Of a DNA stretch of 64,000 nt, positions 20,098 through 29,655 are shown piece after piece (the first letter of the stretch is position 1; each line of letters begins with the position of its first letter). The notes below the pieces were generated by a model that made no database searches, had not been told where the DNA came from, and saw only the letters and a program-made list of their open reading frames with translations. The DNA comes from Dehalococcoidia bacterium (GTDB taxonomy: Bacteria; Chloroflexota; Dehalococcoidia; DSTF01; JACRBR01), in NCBI GenBank assembly GCA_038227375.1, contig JBBRPY010000001.1, positions 5,825 to 69,824 on the forward strand, read 5' to 3'. The position numbers and the translations under genes were made by a program.

Positions 20098-20880
20098 TTG
20101 CGGGTACTGGCCATCGGTGACATCGTCGGGAAGCCGGGCAGGCGCGCAGTCGCCGCACTCGTGCCGGCGCTGCGGCATGAACTCGGCATCGACATCGTCG
20201 TCGCGAACGGCGAGAATGCGGCGGCGGGCAAGGGCATCACCGTCAACACGGCGAAGGAGATCTTCGCAGGTGGTGTTGACGTGATCACGACCGGCAACCA
20301 CATATGGGCGCAGGCCGACATCATCCCCTATCTCGATACCGATGCGCTCGTGCTGCGCCCGGCCAACTATCCGGATGGCGCGCCCGGGCGTGGCATGGCT
20401 GAATTTGCCAGCCTCACCGTCATCAACCTCATGGGCCGCACCTTCATGTACGAGATCGACGACCCGTTCCGCGCCGCCGACCGGCTGCTGGAATCCGTTG
20501 CGCCCGGTTCTGCCGTGCTCGTGGACATGCACGCCGAGGCGACGAGCGAAAAGATCGCCATGGGCTGGTATCTCGACGGGCGCGTGTCGGCCGTCGTCGG
20601 CACGCACACGCACGTGCCCACCGCCGACGGCCGCCTCCTTCCGAAAGGGACGGCGTACGTCAGCGATCTCGGCATGTGCGGCCCCCGCGACTCCGTGATC
20701 GGCGTCGATGTCGAGCCGGTGATCCGCAAGTTCCTCACGGGCATGCCGGCGCGATTCACCGTCGCCGAGAAGTCGCGCTTCGTGAACTTCAATTCCGTAC
20801 TGATCGACATCGACGAAACAACCGGAAAGGCGCGCACGATCGAGCGTGTCGACAGAGAGTGGGAGCAGCATGCCGAGTAA
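20098..20880 (+). CDS. ymdB: YmdB-family metallophosphoesterase (2',3'-cyclic-nucleotide phosphodiesterase)
   Basis: Near full-length similarity to B. subtilis YmdB (IGDIVG...NGENAA...GNH...HAEATSEK...GTHTHV). Conserved rny-ymdB adjacency. Confidence 0.9.
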   Translation: MRVLAIGDIVGKPGRRAVAALVPALRHELGIDIVVANGENAAAGKGITVNTAKEIFAGGVDVITTGNHIWAQADIIPYLDTDALVLRPANYPDGAPGRGMAEFASLTVINLMGRTFMYEIDDPFRAADRLLESVAPGSAVLVDMHAEATSEKIAMGWYLDGRVSAVVGTHTHVPTADGRLLPKGTAYVSDLGMCGPRDSVIGVDVEPVIRKFLTGMPARFTVAEKSRFVNFNSVLIDIDETTGKARTIERVDREWEQHAE

Positions 20881-21727
20881 GGGCGACTTTCACACGCACA
20901 GCACAGCATCCGACGGCATCCTTTCGCCGACCGAGCTGGTGAATCTGGCGGCGAGCGGAGGCGTGCGCTACCACGCGCTGACCGACCACGATTCCACCGA
21001 AGGCATTGCTGAGGCGCGCGCTGCCTCCGCGAAGCACGACGGCCACACCCTCATCCCGGGCGTCGAGATGGGCACCGACATCGAGGGCGCGGAGGTGCAC
21101 ATGCTGGGCCTCTACCTCGACCCGGCGGACGACGAACTGCAGAAGATCCTCGCGGAGCTCCGGGAGGGGCGTCTCGGACGCGGCCGCGGCATCGTCGAGA
21201 AGCTGCGCGGCATGGGGATCATGATCGAATGGGACCGCGTGCAGGCGATCGCCGGCGACGCCTCGGTCGGGCGCCCGCACGTCGCCCAGGCGCTGGTCGA
21301 GGCCGGGTACGTGAGCCAGATCTCCGAAGCATTCGACAAGTGGATCGGACGCAACGGCCCCGCCTATGTCGAGCGCGACAAGATGACGCCGGCGGAGTCG
21401 GTCCAGTGCATCGTCGCCCGCGGTGGCATGGCCTGCATGGCGCATCCGGCCGACCTCGACGGCCTCGACGGCATCCTCAAGGAGCTAAAGGCGGCCGGCA
21501 TGGCCGCCATGGAGGTCTACTACAAGAATTATCCGCCGGACACCATCGCGCGCCTGCGGCAGTCAGCGGAGAAGTACGACCTCATCCCCCTCGGCGGCAG
21601 CGACTACCACGGCATTCATGGAAATGACGAGCGCGCCCCCGGCGACATCCCCCTGCCCGACTCGTCGATCGAGCGCATGCTGGCATACGCAAAGACGCTG
21701 CCGAACAAGGCGCTGGTCATCGGCTAG
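20870..21727 (+). CDS. PHP-domain phosphoesterase (TrpH/YciV-like)
   Basis: GDFHTHSTASDG and HALTDHDS PHP-domain metal-binding motifs. Overlaps the ymdB stop by about 10 nt. Confidence 0.8.
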   Translation: MPSKGDFHTHSTASDGILSPTELVNLAASGGVRYHALTDHDSTEGIAEARAASAKHDGHTLIPGVEMGTDIEGAEVHMLGLYLDPADDELQKILAELREGRLGRGRGIVEKLRGMGIMIEWDRVQAIAGDASVGRPHVAQALVEAGYVSQISEAFDKWIGRNGPAYVERDKMTPAESVQCIVARGGMACMAHPADLDGLDGILKELKAAGMAAMEVYYKNYPPDTIARLRQSAEKYDLIPLGGSDYHGIHGNDERAPGDIPLPDSSIERMLAYAKTLPNKALVIG

Positions 21728-21788
21728 GCAAGGCCGACGCTCCGGGTACGTCGGGACGAGGTGCGATCTGTTGCCCCGCGCCGCCCGG

Positions 21789-21855
21789 CCTCACCCCTCT
21801 CCGCGGCGGAGTCTGCGACCTGCCCCTCTCCAACGCGTAGAGGGGAGCTCCGCCC
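21789..21855. repeat. Intergenic repeat element, family CCCTCTCC-RCGGCGAGTCT-GCGACC (copy a)
   Basis: cctcacccctctccgcggcggagtctgcgacctgcccctctccaacgcgtagaggggag. Shares its core with copies at 22589, 36238, 52353 and 58217. Confidence 0.6.
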
Positions 21856-22047
21856 GTAGAGGCTTCTCAGTGGCGCCATGTTCGCGCTCAACGCAGTGAG
21901 GGATCGAAGTACGCGCGCTGGACGGGTCGCTGCGTCTTCGCTGTGTTGGCGGGCAGCGGTCGCTTCTCCCGGCTGGACGGACCGCTATCGAATTCGCGGT
22001 CGTTCGCGCTAAGCTGAAGTATCGGGCGCCGCCGGGGCGCCTTTTCA

Positions 22048-22560
22048 GTGCCCGAGCGGATCATGCAGTGCGCGACTGACCCCAGCGTCGAAACGGAGCT
22101 TTCGTACAGCCGGTGCGGGAAGGCGATCTGCGGCCGCTGCCTGGTGCACACGCCCGTCGGTGCCCGCTGCCGCGAGTGCGCAAACGTCCGCCGCATCCCC
22201 ACCTACAACATTTCGGGCGGGCTGTTCGCGCGCGCGCTGGCGGCTGGATTCGGCTCGGGAGCGGCTATCGGGATCGTCTGGTGGTGGTTCAACCCTTACA
22301 GCATCATCTACGTCTTCTTCGGCGTACTGCTAGGACTCGTCATCGGCTACGCGATCGGCGAATCGGTGTCCCTCTCGGCGAACAAGCGCGCGGGCCCGCC
22401 GCTGCAAGCAATCGCTGTGGGGGGTGTAGCGCTGGCGTACATCCTGCGCTGCGTGCTGCTGCTCGGCGTCGATGGCTACGCAGCGAGATTCGTCTTCGAC
22501 CTGAGCAGCGCAGTGGCATTCGTGCTGGCATGCTTCATCGCCGCTGGGCGACTGCGCTGA
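22048..22560 (+). CDS. Membrane protein with N-terminal zinc-ribbon (CxxC...CxxC)
   Basis: CGKAICGRCLVHTPVGARCRECAN followed by 3-4 hydrophobic helices. Confidence 0.5.
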   Translation: MPERIMQCATDPSVETELSYSRCGKAICGRCLVHTPVGARCRECANVRRIPTYNISGGLFARALAAGFGSGAAIGIVWWWFNPYSIIYVFFGVLLGLVIGYAIGESVSLSANKRAGPPLQAIAVGGVALAYILRCVLLLGVDGYAARFVFDLSSAVAFVLACFIAAGRLR

Positions 22561-22588
22561 TCGATGGGCACGGCGTCGCTGGCGCCGC

Positions 22589-22697
22589 CCTCACCCTCTC
22601 CACGGCGAGTCTTCGACCGGCCTTCGGCCACCCCTCTCATACAACACGCTGTGGAGGGGGCCGGTCGCAGACTCGCCTTTGGACAGAGGGGTGAGGC
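22589..22697. repeat. Intergenic repeat element, same family, two copies in inverted orientation forming a ~109-bp palindrome (copy b)
   Basis: Left arm cctcaccctctccacggcgagtcttcgaccggcc and right arm ggccggtcgcagactcgcctttggacagaggggtgagg are near-perfect reverse complements. Confidence 0.65.
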
Positions 22698-22775
22698 CGC
22701 AGCGCACGGTGCCGTGGCCGCCGCAATCCTAGCCCGCTTGTCCGCCTCCGGCGCCGCCACCATACTGGATGCGAG

Positions 22776-23117
22776 ATGAGATTCGACCGCGAGCTGCTGA
22801 AGGGGAACACTGCCACTGTCGTGCTCGCGATCCTCGACGAGGGCCCCCTGCACGGGTACCAGATCGCGAAGGAGATGCGCGCCCGCAGCGATGACGCGCT
22901 GCAGCTCGGGCAGGGCGTCCTCTACCCGATCCTGCACCGGCTGGAGGACCGCGCGCTCATCGCCGGCGAGTGGCAGCAGAGCACCGGTACGCCCAGCCGC
23001 AAACGCTACGCCATCACCACGAAGGGGCGGGGTGAGCTTCGCGCGAAGCGCGGCGAGTGGGCGGCGTTCGCCAAGGCGATGGCGCAGGTGCTGGACGCGC
23101 CGGGCGCCAAGCGATGA
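22776..23117 (+). CDS. PadR-family transcriptional regulator
   Basis: Winged HTH with the GYQIAKEM...LYPILHRLE signature. Confidence 0.85.
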   Translation: MRFDRELLKGNTATVVLAILDEGPLHGYQIAKEMRARSDDALQLGQGVLYPILHRLEDRALIAGEWQQSTGTPSRKRYAITTKGRGELRAKRGEWAAFAKAMAQVLDAPGAKR

Positions 23118-23491
23118 ACGAGACCGACCGCTATCTGAACGAAGTCTGCTGGGCGATTGGCGGCACCCTCGCCGAGCAGCAGGCTGCGCGGGACGAGCTA
23201 CGCGCCCACATTCAGGACGAAGCCCGCGAACTTCAGCTTCAGGGCACCGCACCCGCCGCCGCGATGCGACAGGCGCTCGCCGATCTCGGCGCAGCCGAGG
23301 ACGTCGGCCGCGCGATGCGGGCGTCGCTCGGCACGCTGCCGCTGCGGCGGCCGCTGGCGCAGCCCGCCGGAGCGCTCGTGCTCGAGCGGCGGCACGACGT
23401 GCATCTGCCGCACCGCGCCGTCATCGCCGCGCTCGCCGCCTCCGCGCTCGCGAGTAGCGCAGTGGCGCTCACCTACCTCTGGCCCGGATAG
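23114..23491 (+). CDS. Membrane protein of the PadR-associated DUF1700/HAAS-like family
   Basis: ATGA overlap with padR. N-terminus NETDRYLNEV...EELRAHIQD followed by a C-terminal TM segment. This is the usual sensor-like partner of PadR regulators. Confidence 0.55.
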   Translation: MNETDRYLNEVCWAIGGTLAEQQAARDELRAHIQDEARELQLQGTAPAAAMRQALADLGAAEDVGRAMRASLGTLPLRRPLAQPAGALVLERRHDVHLPHRAVIAALAASALASSAVALTYLWPG

Positions 23492-23494
23492 CCT

Positions 23495-24220
23495 ATGCCC
23501 ACCTTGCGCTGGCGCAAGCAAGAGCTCCGCGAGCGGTTCTATCCCGCACGCTTCCGCGGGATGTACGACCGCTTTTCGGATGTGATCCACGAGTATGTCC
23601 GCGAGGGCGACGTGATGCTCGACGCTGGCTGCGGCAGCGGCCGGGTGTTCCAGTACCAGTTCGATGACCGCCAGCGTCCGCGGCTGATCGTCGGCGTCGA
23701 TGTGACCGACGAGCCGCAAGCCAATAACAACATCGACGCTGCGGGCCGTGCTGACCTCGCCGCGTTGCCCTTTCGCGACGCCACCTTCGACATCGCGATC
23801 TCGAGCCACGTCGCCGAGCACCTGACGCAGCCGGAGCGCGTGTTCGGCGAGCTCGCGCGCGTGATGAAGCCGGGCGGCCGCCTGCTGATCCTGACGCCGA
23901 ACCGCTGGCACTACGTCACCATCAGCGCCGCGCTGCTGCCACACGCATTTCACCTGAAGTACAACCAGTGGCGTGGCGTTGACGCGCACGACATCTTCCC
24001 GACGGTATACCGCGCCAACACGGCGGGGCGGCTGCGGTCGCTCTACGCCGGCGCCGGCATGGACGTGGAGCAGCTCTATCAGTTCGAGACGGAGCCCGAG
24101 TATCTGGCCTTCCTGACGCCCGCCTACTCGCTGGGCGTCGGCTTCGAGCGCGTCGTCAACCGCTTCGAATCGCTGAAGAACCTGCGCGTCAACCTGCTGA
24201 GTGTCGGCCGCAAGCGCTAA
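23495..24220 (+). CDS. Class I SAM-dependent methyltransferase
   Basis: Motif I VMLDAGCGSGR; post-motif MKPGGRLLILTPN. Confidence 0.8.
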   Translation: MPTLRWRKQELRERFYPARFRGMYDRFSDVIHEYVREGDVMLDAGCGSGRVFQYQFDDRQRPRLIVGVDVTDEPQANNNIDAAGRADLAALPFRDATFDIAISSHVAEHLTQPERVFGELARVMKPGGRLLILTPNRWHYVTISAALLPHAFHLKYNQWRGVDAHDIFPTVYRANTAGRLRSLYAGAGMDVEQLYQFETEPEYLAFLTPAYSLGVGFERVVNRFESLKNLRVNLLSVGRKR

Positions 24221-24331
24221 CCCAGCACCGACTCGCGGTCGCTCGTGCGCCAGTCGTCCGGACGCATGACGGCGGGCCCCAGACCGGCAGCGGCTAGTGT
24301 AATTCGGGGCAGCTTCGTCTAATCTCCCAGT

Positions 24332-25984
24332 ATGGCGAGACGCGGCCGCCCGAAGCATCCGGATGTCCTGACTCCGCGCGAGCACGACGTGCTCGCGCTG
24401 TTGCGCGACGATCTGTCGAACGAACAGATCGCCCATCGCCTCGGCATCAGCTTTGCGACGGCGAAATACCACGTGTCGGAGATCATCGGGAAGCTTGGCG
24501 TGGCCGACCGCCACGAGGCGGCGCGCTGGCGACCGGACGCGCCCGATGCGTCGCGTGGCCGCCGGCGCTTCCGGGTGCTGGCGCCGCTCGCGCTGTTCCG
24601 TCAGGGCAGCACCGGGGCGAGCGCGGGCGCGCGCGTCGCCGCCGGCGGTGTGCTCACCGTCACGTTCGCCGGCGTCGCACTTCTGGCGTTCGGAGTCTTC
24701 CTTACGACGGGAGACCGAGCAGCCGCTCCAGATCCAGCCGCGGCGCCGCGTCCCGCGAGCGCGGGCGAGCGTGCCACCGAAGCCGGCATCGTGCCGTGGC
24801 AGACCTACCGGATCTCGGGCGGCGACCTGGCGCATGCGATCACGATCCCGTTCACCGAGTACATGCTGGCGACGGACTGGGGGCGGACGTCGCTGGCGGA
24901 CGGCCCGCCTGCGCCCACACCCTCGGCTGGAGCGGCCAGCTTTCGCCTCGAGTTCGTGCGCGCCGACGACGGGGTGACGCCGGTCGGTTCGGCCGGGGCC
25001 TACGCCCCCGGTGCGACGCCGCGCATCCAGTCGCCGAGCATCGGCGCGTCACCTGCTGCGCCATCTCCGGACCCACACCCCTGGCAGCAGGCGCCTGCGA
25101 TGGTCGCTGCGCTGCTCAATCGATACATCTCCCTCGGCGACGCTGTGACGGATCAACCTACGCTCGGCCAGTCGATCTATGCGACGCAGCGCCGAGCGCC
25201 GACATCGGTCTCGGTCGCCGGACGCGCGCTGTCCGATGCGGACGCCGGCACCTTCCTCTCGCTACTCGGCGACTCGTCGCCAGTGCGTTTCGGAGTGCGC
25301 GGCACCCTCGTCGGCCAACGCGCGCTCAACGCCGCGACCGTCGAGGTCCGGCTCGGCGCGGAGACGCTGACCTTCTTGTACATCCCACCGGGGCCCGTTG
25401 CGCCCTTTGGGCTGCTCATGGGCACGCCCCAGGTCGGAAATTGGGAGCTCAGCACACTGCTCGATCCGCCCGCGTACGTACAGGACTCGTACAGCGTGCC
25501 GACGCAACTTGACGATCTGATGACGCGCCTCGGGTTCGTCGGCGGAACGCCGGCGCAGAACGCCGACACGCGCATCATGCCGCTGCTTGACACCGACCTG
25601 ACCATGCGCATTAGCCAGGTGACGTTGTCGGACGGCACGCACGACGTATCGGTGCCAGGCGTCGACCCGGACAGGACCGACTGCGCGCCCGGCGTCGACG
25701 TGTGTGACCCCGAGGCGGCGGCGCTGCCCACGAACGGCCATCCGCTGACGCTGACCGTCTCGCGTCGCGGGGTGGATCCCTTCCCCGAAGCCCAGCGGCC
25801 GGCCGAGTACTCGTACTATCCGCCCGCCGCGGCCGGCGCGCGCGGCATCCTCGTACAGACGAAGATGGGCGCGATCTGGAACGCCACGCTCGGCAGAGAC
25901 GGCGGCCCGCCGTACTACGCGGCGGCGGCGACGGACGCGACGCTGCGGACCGCGGCGCAAGAGCTCGCGCGGCAGCCGCCGTAG
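24332..25984 (+). CDS. LuxR-type HTH regulator fused to a TM segment and a large extracytoplasmic domain
   Basis: LTPREHDVLALL...NEQIAHRLGISFATAKYHVSEIIGKLGV matches the LuxR/GerE HTH. One hydrophobic helix (GVLTVTFAGVALLAFGVFL) is followed by ~400 aa rich in Pro/Ala/Thr. Confidence 0.6.
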   Translation: MARRGRPKHPDVLTPREHDVLALLRDDLSNEQIAHRLGISFATAKYHVSEIIGKLGVADRHEAARWRPDAPDASRGRRRFRVLAPLALFRQGSTGASAGARVAAGGVLTVTFAGVALLAFGVFLTTGDRAAAPDPAAAPRPASAGERATEAGIVPWQTYRISGGDLAHAITIPFTEYMLATDWGRTSLADGPPAPTPSAGAASFRLEFVRADDGVTPVGSAGAYAPGATPRIQSPSIGASPAAPSPDPHPWQQAPAMVAALLNRYISLGDAVTDQPTLGQSIYATQRRAPTSVSVAGRALSDADAGTFLSLLGDSSPVRFGVRGTLVGQRALNAATVEVRLGAETLTFLYIPPGPVAPFGLLMGTPQVGNWELSTLLDPPAYVQDSYSVPTQLDDLMTRLGFVGGTPAQNADTRIMPLLDTDLTMRISQVTLSDGTHDVSVPGVDPDRTDCAPGVDVCDPEAAALPTNGHPLTLTVSRRGVDPFPEAQRPAEYSYYPPAAAGARGILVQTKMGAIWNATLGRDGGPPYYAAAATDATLRTAAQELARQPP

Positions 25985-26268
25985 GCGCAAGCGCCGCGCA
26001 TGGCGGCGACGCCCCTCGCAACCAGCGGTGCAGTCTTGTCGATGCCGGTACCGGTGTAGAACTGGCGGGGTTCGACCGTCCAGGCGGTGACATTCTCGGT
26101 TTCTTCTGCGGGAGCGTGAGTTGGACACCGGACGGCACGCAGGCGCTGGCCTCCTCGTCCCAAGGCAACTGACGCCCGGCGGAGGCAGGCGCCAATCGTG
26201 GCGCCGCGCGACCCGCGCGGATGGGCATGCTTGCCGTTTGCTGTTTGTTCTATTCGCGCAGGCACGGC

Positions 26269-26589
26269 CTACCAGATGCCGAGCTGCATCTTCACGTCGT
26301 CGCTGGCCATCGTCTTCGGGTCCCACGGGGGCGAGAAGGTGAGCTTGCCGTTCACCTTCTTCACGCCCGGCAGGTCGATCAGGACATCCTGGATCTGGCC
26401 GTCGATGACCGCGCCCAGCGGGCAACCAGGGCTGGTCAACGTGTACGTCACATCGACTTCGCCGTCGTCCTTCACCTCGACGCCGTAGACGAGGCCGAGT
26501 TCCACAATGCTCATGTGGATCTCCGGGTCGAAGACGTCCTTGAGGCGCTCCATCACCAGCTCGTCGGACAGCAGACCTTTTACGGACAT
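26269..26589 (-). CDS. sufT: DUF59/MIP18-family Fe-S assembly protein (SufT-like)
   Basis: VMERLKDVFDPEI...SIVELGLVYGVEV...TLTSPGCPL is the DUF59 signature. Last gene of the suf operon. Confidence 0.85.
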   Translation of the reverse strand: MSVKGLLSDELVMERLKDVFDPEIHMSIVELGLVYGVEVKDDGEVDVTYTLTSPGCPLGAVIDGQIQDVLIDLPGVKKVNGKLTFSPPWDPKTMASDDVKMQLGIW

Positions 26590-26644
26590 CGCGTCATCTC
26601 CTTCGCTCTTGCGAGCATTGCATCATCTTTCTCGTGTTGTGGTC

Positions 26645-26712
26645 GATGTTGGATGTTGGAGGTTGGAAGCACGTTTCCGCCTGCTCCAACATCTAACATC
26701 TAACATCCAATC
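26645..26712. promoter_or_regulatory. Inverted repeat made of heptamer triplets (GATGTTG GATGTTG GAGGTTG ... CAACATC TAACATC TAACATC) inside the suf operon, 56-120 nt upstream of sufT
   Basis: The arms are read directly from the sequence. The region is markedly AT-richer than its surroundings. Related triplets occur at 35634 and 59158. Confidence 0.4.
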
Positions 26713-27187
26713 AAGCTTCCTCGCGGCGGACGGCGCCGCCACCCTGCTCATGCTGCGCGATGCCGTCGGCTAGCGTGTGCCAGGCCAGCGTCGCGCACTT
26801 CACCCGCACGGCGAACTTGCCGACGCCCTGCAGCGCCTCGAGGTCGCCGAGGTCTTCCGGCACGTCGTCGTCCGGCGCCTTCATCATGTGCGTGAACTCG
26901 CCGGTGAGACGCCGGATCTCTTCGACGCTGCGGCCATCGACAAGCTCTGACATCATCGAACCCGAGGCTTGGCTGATCGAGCAGCCGCGGCTGATGATGC
27001 CGATCTCCGTGAGCTTCTGCCCGTCGAAATTGAGTTGCATCTCGATCTCGTCGCCGCACACGGGGTTATAGCCCTCGGCGACGACAGCGGCGTCGACGAG
27101 CGGCTCGTGGTGGCGGGGATTCTTGTAGTGGTCGAGGATCAGCTCCCGGTAGAGCTCATCCAGCGCCAACTCTGGCCGTTGCTGCAT
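26711..27187 (-). CDS. sufU: SufU-type Fe-S cluster assembly sulfur-transfer/scaffold protein
   Basis: VCGDEIEM...GCSISQAS...KCATLAWH zinc-ligand motifs. The start is placed at the Met of MQQRPELALDELY. Confidence 0.85.
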   Translation of the reverse strand: MQQRPELALDELYRELILDHYKNPRHHEPLVDAAVVAEGYNPVCGDEIEMQLNFDGQKLTEIGIISRGCSISQASGSMMSELVDGRSVEEIRRLTGEFTHMMKAPDDDVPEDLGDLEALQGVGKFAVRVKCATLAWHTLADGIAQHEQGGGAVRREEA

Positions 27188-28433
27188 TGCCGAAAATCCT
27201 GTCTGCCGCGCCCAGCCCATCGACCAGCGCATCAACTTCTGCGTGGGTGTTATAGATGTAGAAGCTCGCGCGCGCCGTCGCCACGCAGTCGAGGCGCCGC
27301 ATCAGCGGCTGCGCGCAATGGTGCCCCGCCCGGATGGCGATCGCTTCCTGATCTAGCACCTGGCTCAGATCGTGGGCGTGCAGGTCACCATAGTTGAACG
27401 CGACGGCGCCGCCCTTGTCGCGCGCGTCCTTTGGGCCGTAGATCGTGACACCTTCGACCGCGCTCAGCGCATCGATCGCATACTGCGTGATGGCGATCTC
27501 GTGCTCGCGCACCGCGTCCATGCCGAGACCCTCGAGGTAGTCGATGGCGGCGCCGAACGCGATCACGTCGGCGATATTGGGTGTGCCGGCTTCGAACTTG
27601 TGCGGCAGGTCCGCGTAGGTGCTGGTCTCATACGTGACGCGCTTGATCATCTCGCCGCCGCCGAGGAACGGGTCCATCGCATTGAGGATGTCGCGGCGGC
27701 CGTGCAGCACGCCGACGCCGGTAGGACCAAGCATCTTGTGCGAAGAGAACGCCAGGAAATCGCAGCCAAGGTCCTGGACGTCGACCGGCATGTGCGGCAC
27801 GCTCTGTGCCGCATCGACCAGAACGACTGCTCCTACGGAGTGCGCGAGCGCCGCGATCTCCTTGATCGGATTGATCGTGCCGAGGACGTTCGACATCTGC
27901 GAGATGGCGACGATCTTGGTGCGCTCGCCGATCTTCGCCAGCACATCGTCCCAGATCAGCTTCCCCTCATCATCGATGTCGATGATTCGGAGGCCGGCGC
28001 CGGTTTCGTGCGCGATCAACTGCCAGGGGATGAGGTTGCTGTGATGTTCCATCGCCGAGAGCACGATCTCGTCGCCAGCATGCAGGTGCTTGCGTCCCCA
28101 GGCGTTGGAGACGAGATTGATCGCCTCGGTCGCGTTGCGGGTGAAGATGATCTCTTCGGCCGGATGCTCGGCGTTGATGAAGGCGCCGACCTTCAACCGC
28201 GCCCCCTCGTACGCCGCCGTCGCTTCTTCTGCCAGCGTGTGCAAGCCACGATGGATGTTCGCGTTGTAGTGCTCGTAGTAGTACACCAGCGCGTCGATCA
28301 CCGAGCGCGGCTTCTGCGTCGTGGCCGCGTTATCCAGGTACACGAGCGTCTTGCCATGCACCTTGCGGGTCAGGATGGGGAAGTCTCTTCTGATCTGCTC
28401 GACGTCGTACGTTGTGTTCATGCTGTCAATCAC
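27156..28433 (-). CDS. sufS: Cysteine desulfurase SufS (class V aminotransferase)
   Basis: PLP-lysine motif SSHKMLGPTGVGVL, active-site RAGHHCAQPL, full-length SufS similarity. Confidence 0.95.
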   Translation of the reverse strand: MIDSMNTTYDVEQIRRDFPILTRKVHGKTLVYLDNAATTQKPRSVIDALVYYYEHYNANIHRGLHTLAEEATAAYEGARLKVGAFINAEHPAEEIIFTRNATEAINLVSNAWGRKHLHAGDEIVLSAMEHHSNLIPWQLIAHETGAGLRIIDIDDEGKLIWDDVLAKIGERTKIVAISQMSNVLGTINPIKEIAALAHSVGAVVLVDAAQSVPHMPVDVQDLGCDFLAFSSHKMLGPTGVGVLHGRRDILNAMDPFLGGGEMIKRVTYETSTYADLPHKFEAGTPNIADVIAFGAAIDYLEGLGMDAVREHEIAITQYAIDALSAVEGVTIYGPKDARDKGGAVAFNYGDLHAHDLSQVLDQEAIAIRAGHHCAQPLMRRLDCVATARASFYIYNTHAEVDALVDGLGAADRIFGNAATARVGAG

Positions 28434-28613
28434 TGGCGGACACTACGTGGGTTTGACGCCCGCGAACGTCACGCCGCGCGTATCGAACTCCTTCGCGTCG
28501 GACTCGTGCTTCGACCCGGAGAACACATCGACCTGTCGTCCCCAGCGCACCTCTCTGAACCCGACGTGGCTCAGCACCCAGTTCCACTCTGCTTCCAGCA
28601 GAGCACCGGCAAT

Positions 28614-29252
28614 TCAGCCAGACCACAGGTCGATGTCATCCTTCGCGTCTTGCGGCACTTCTCTGTGCACGACGATGTCGCCGATCTGAAAGCGCCCGCC
28701 CGGCTTGAGGACACGGTACACCTCGGCCATCGCGCCAACTTTGTCCGGCGTCAGATTAATCACGCCATTGCTGATGACGACGTCCACGCACGCGTCCTCA
28801 ACGGGCAGGTCCTCCGCGTAGCCGTCGCGCACCTCGACGTTGCCAAGGGCGCCCTCGGCGGCCCCCGCCCTGGTCTTCTCGCGCATCGCCGCCGTCATAT
28901 CGACGGCTATCAATCGGCCGGACGGCCCGACCTGCATCGCTCCCTGCAGGGTGTCGAAGCCGGCGCCGCAACCCACATCGACCACCATCTCGCCCGTGTT
29001 CAGCCTGCCCATCGAGAACGGGTTCCCGGTCCCGGCGAACGAGGCGACCGTCGACGCCGGCAGCCGGTCAACGTCCCGGGGGTCATAGCCGAGCATCATC
29101 GCCAGTGGCCTCCCGGTGTGGAAGTGAAAGCCCTTCCCGGGGTCAAGCGCGACGTCCGTATACTTCTTGCTGATCTGCCGCCTTAGCTGTTCACGGTCGA
29201 CCTTGGCGGGGCTTACTTGCTGAACCATTGACACGTCTCCTTCGCCCAACAT
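28614..29252 (-). CDS. ArsM-like class I SAM methyltransferase lacking the catalytic cysteines, embedded in the suf operon
   Basis: VVDVGCGAGFD motif I and VDVVISNGVINLTPDK. ArsM has SNCV at this position; here the Cys is Gly, and the protein ends shortly after at DLWSG. Confidence 0.6.
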   Translation of the reverse strand: MLGEGDVSMVQQVSPAKVDREQLRRQISKKYTDVALDPGKGFHFHTGRPLAMMLGYDPRDVDRLPASTVASFAGTGNPFSMGRLNTGEMVVDVGCGAGFDTLQGAMQVGPSGRLIAVDMTAAMREKTRAGAAEGALGNVEVRDGYAEDLPVEDACVDVVISNGVINLTPDKVGAMAEVYRVLKPGGRFQIGDIVVHREVPQDAKDDIDLWSG

Positions 29253-29267
29253 CGAATATCGGCGGCG

Positions 29268-29600
29268 CTAATCACCAACATCCACCCTCACGTTGTCGCC
29301 TTCGATCTGCACCGGATACGTCTGCACCGGACGGACCGCCGGGAAGACGACGGCGCGGCCGGACGTGACATCGAACTTCGCGCCGTGCCGCGGGCACTCG
29401 ACCAGATCGCCCTCCAGCACCCCCTGGTCGAGCGGACCACCGTCGTGCGTGCAGACGTCGTCGATGGCGTAATAGCGGCCGTTGACGTTGCAGAGCGCGA
29501 TGCGCTTCCCCTCGACATCATGCACGGAGATCGTGCCGGGCGCGGTGTCCGTGACGTTCGCGACGCTGACGAACCTGCTCACGCGTCCGGCCGTTTCCAT
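29268..29600 (-). CDS. Rieske [2Fe-2S] domain protein
   Basis: CTHDGGPL ... CPRHGAKF Rieske ligand boxes, 110 aa. Confidence 0.85.
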   Translation of the reverse strand: METAGRVSRFVSVANVTDTAPGTISVHDVEGKRIALCNVNGRYYAIDDVCTHDGGPLDQGVLEGDLVECPRHGAKFDVTSGRAVVFPAVRPVQTYPVQIEGDNVRVDVGD

Positions 29601-29655
29601 CGTGCCGGGCAGGGTCGCGGCTGCGGTTTCAGCGGCAGCACGTTCCGTTGCTTGT

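Noticed and set aside
19328-20871. Long minus-strand ORFs antisense to rny/ymdB
   Set aside because: rny and ymdB have strong, full-length homology on the plus strand.
22564-22779. Small ORFs initiating inside the repeat elements (22564..22779, 36235..36669, 52336..52572)
   Set aside because: Their similar peptides derive from conserved nucleotide repeats (CCCTCTCCACGGCGAGTCT...). No RBS; and the 36235 ORF's downstream portion is explained by rpmF.
23198-24835. 545-aa minus-strand ORF
   Set aside because: It is antisense to the PadR partner, methyltransferase and LuxR-like genes. Its low-complexity Arg/Ala-rich translation is typical of a high-GC antisense frame.
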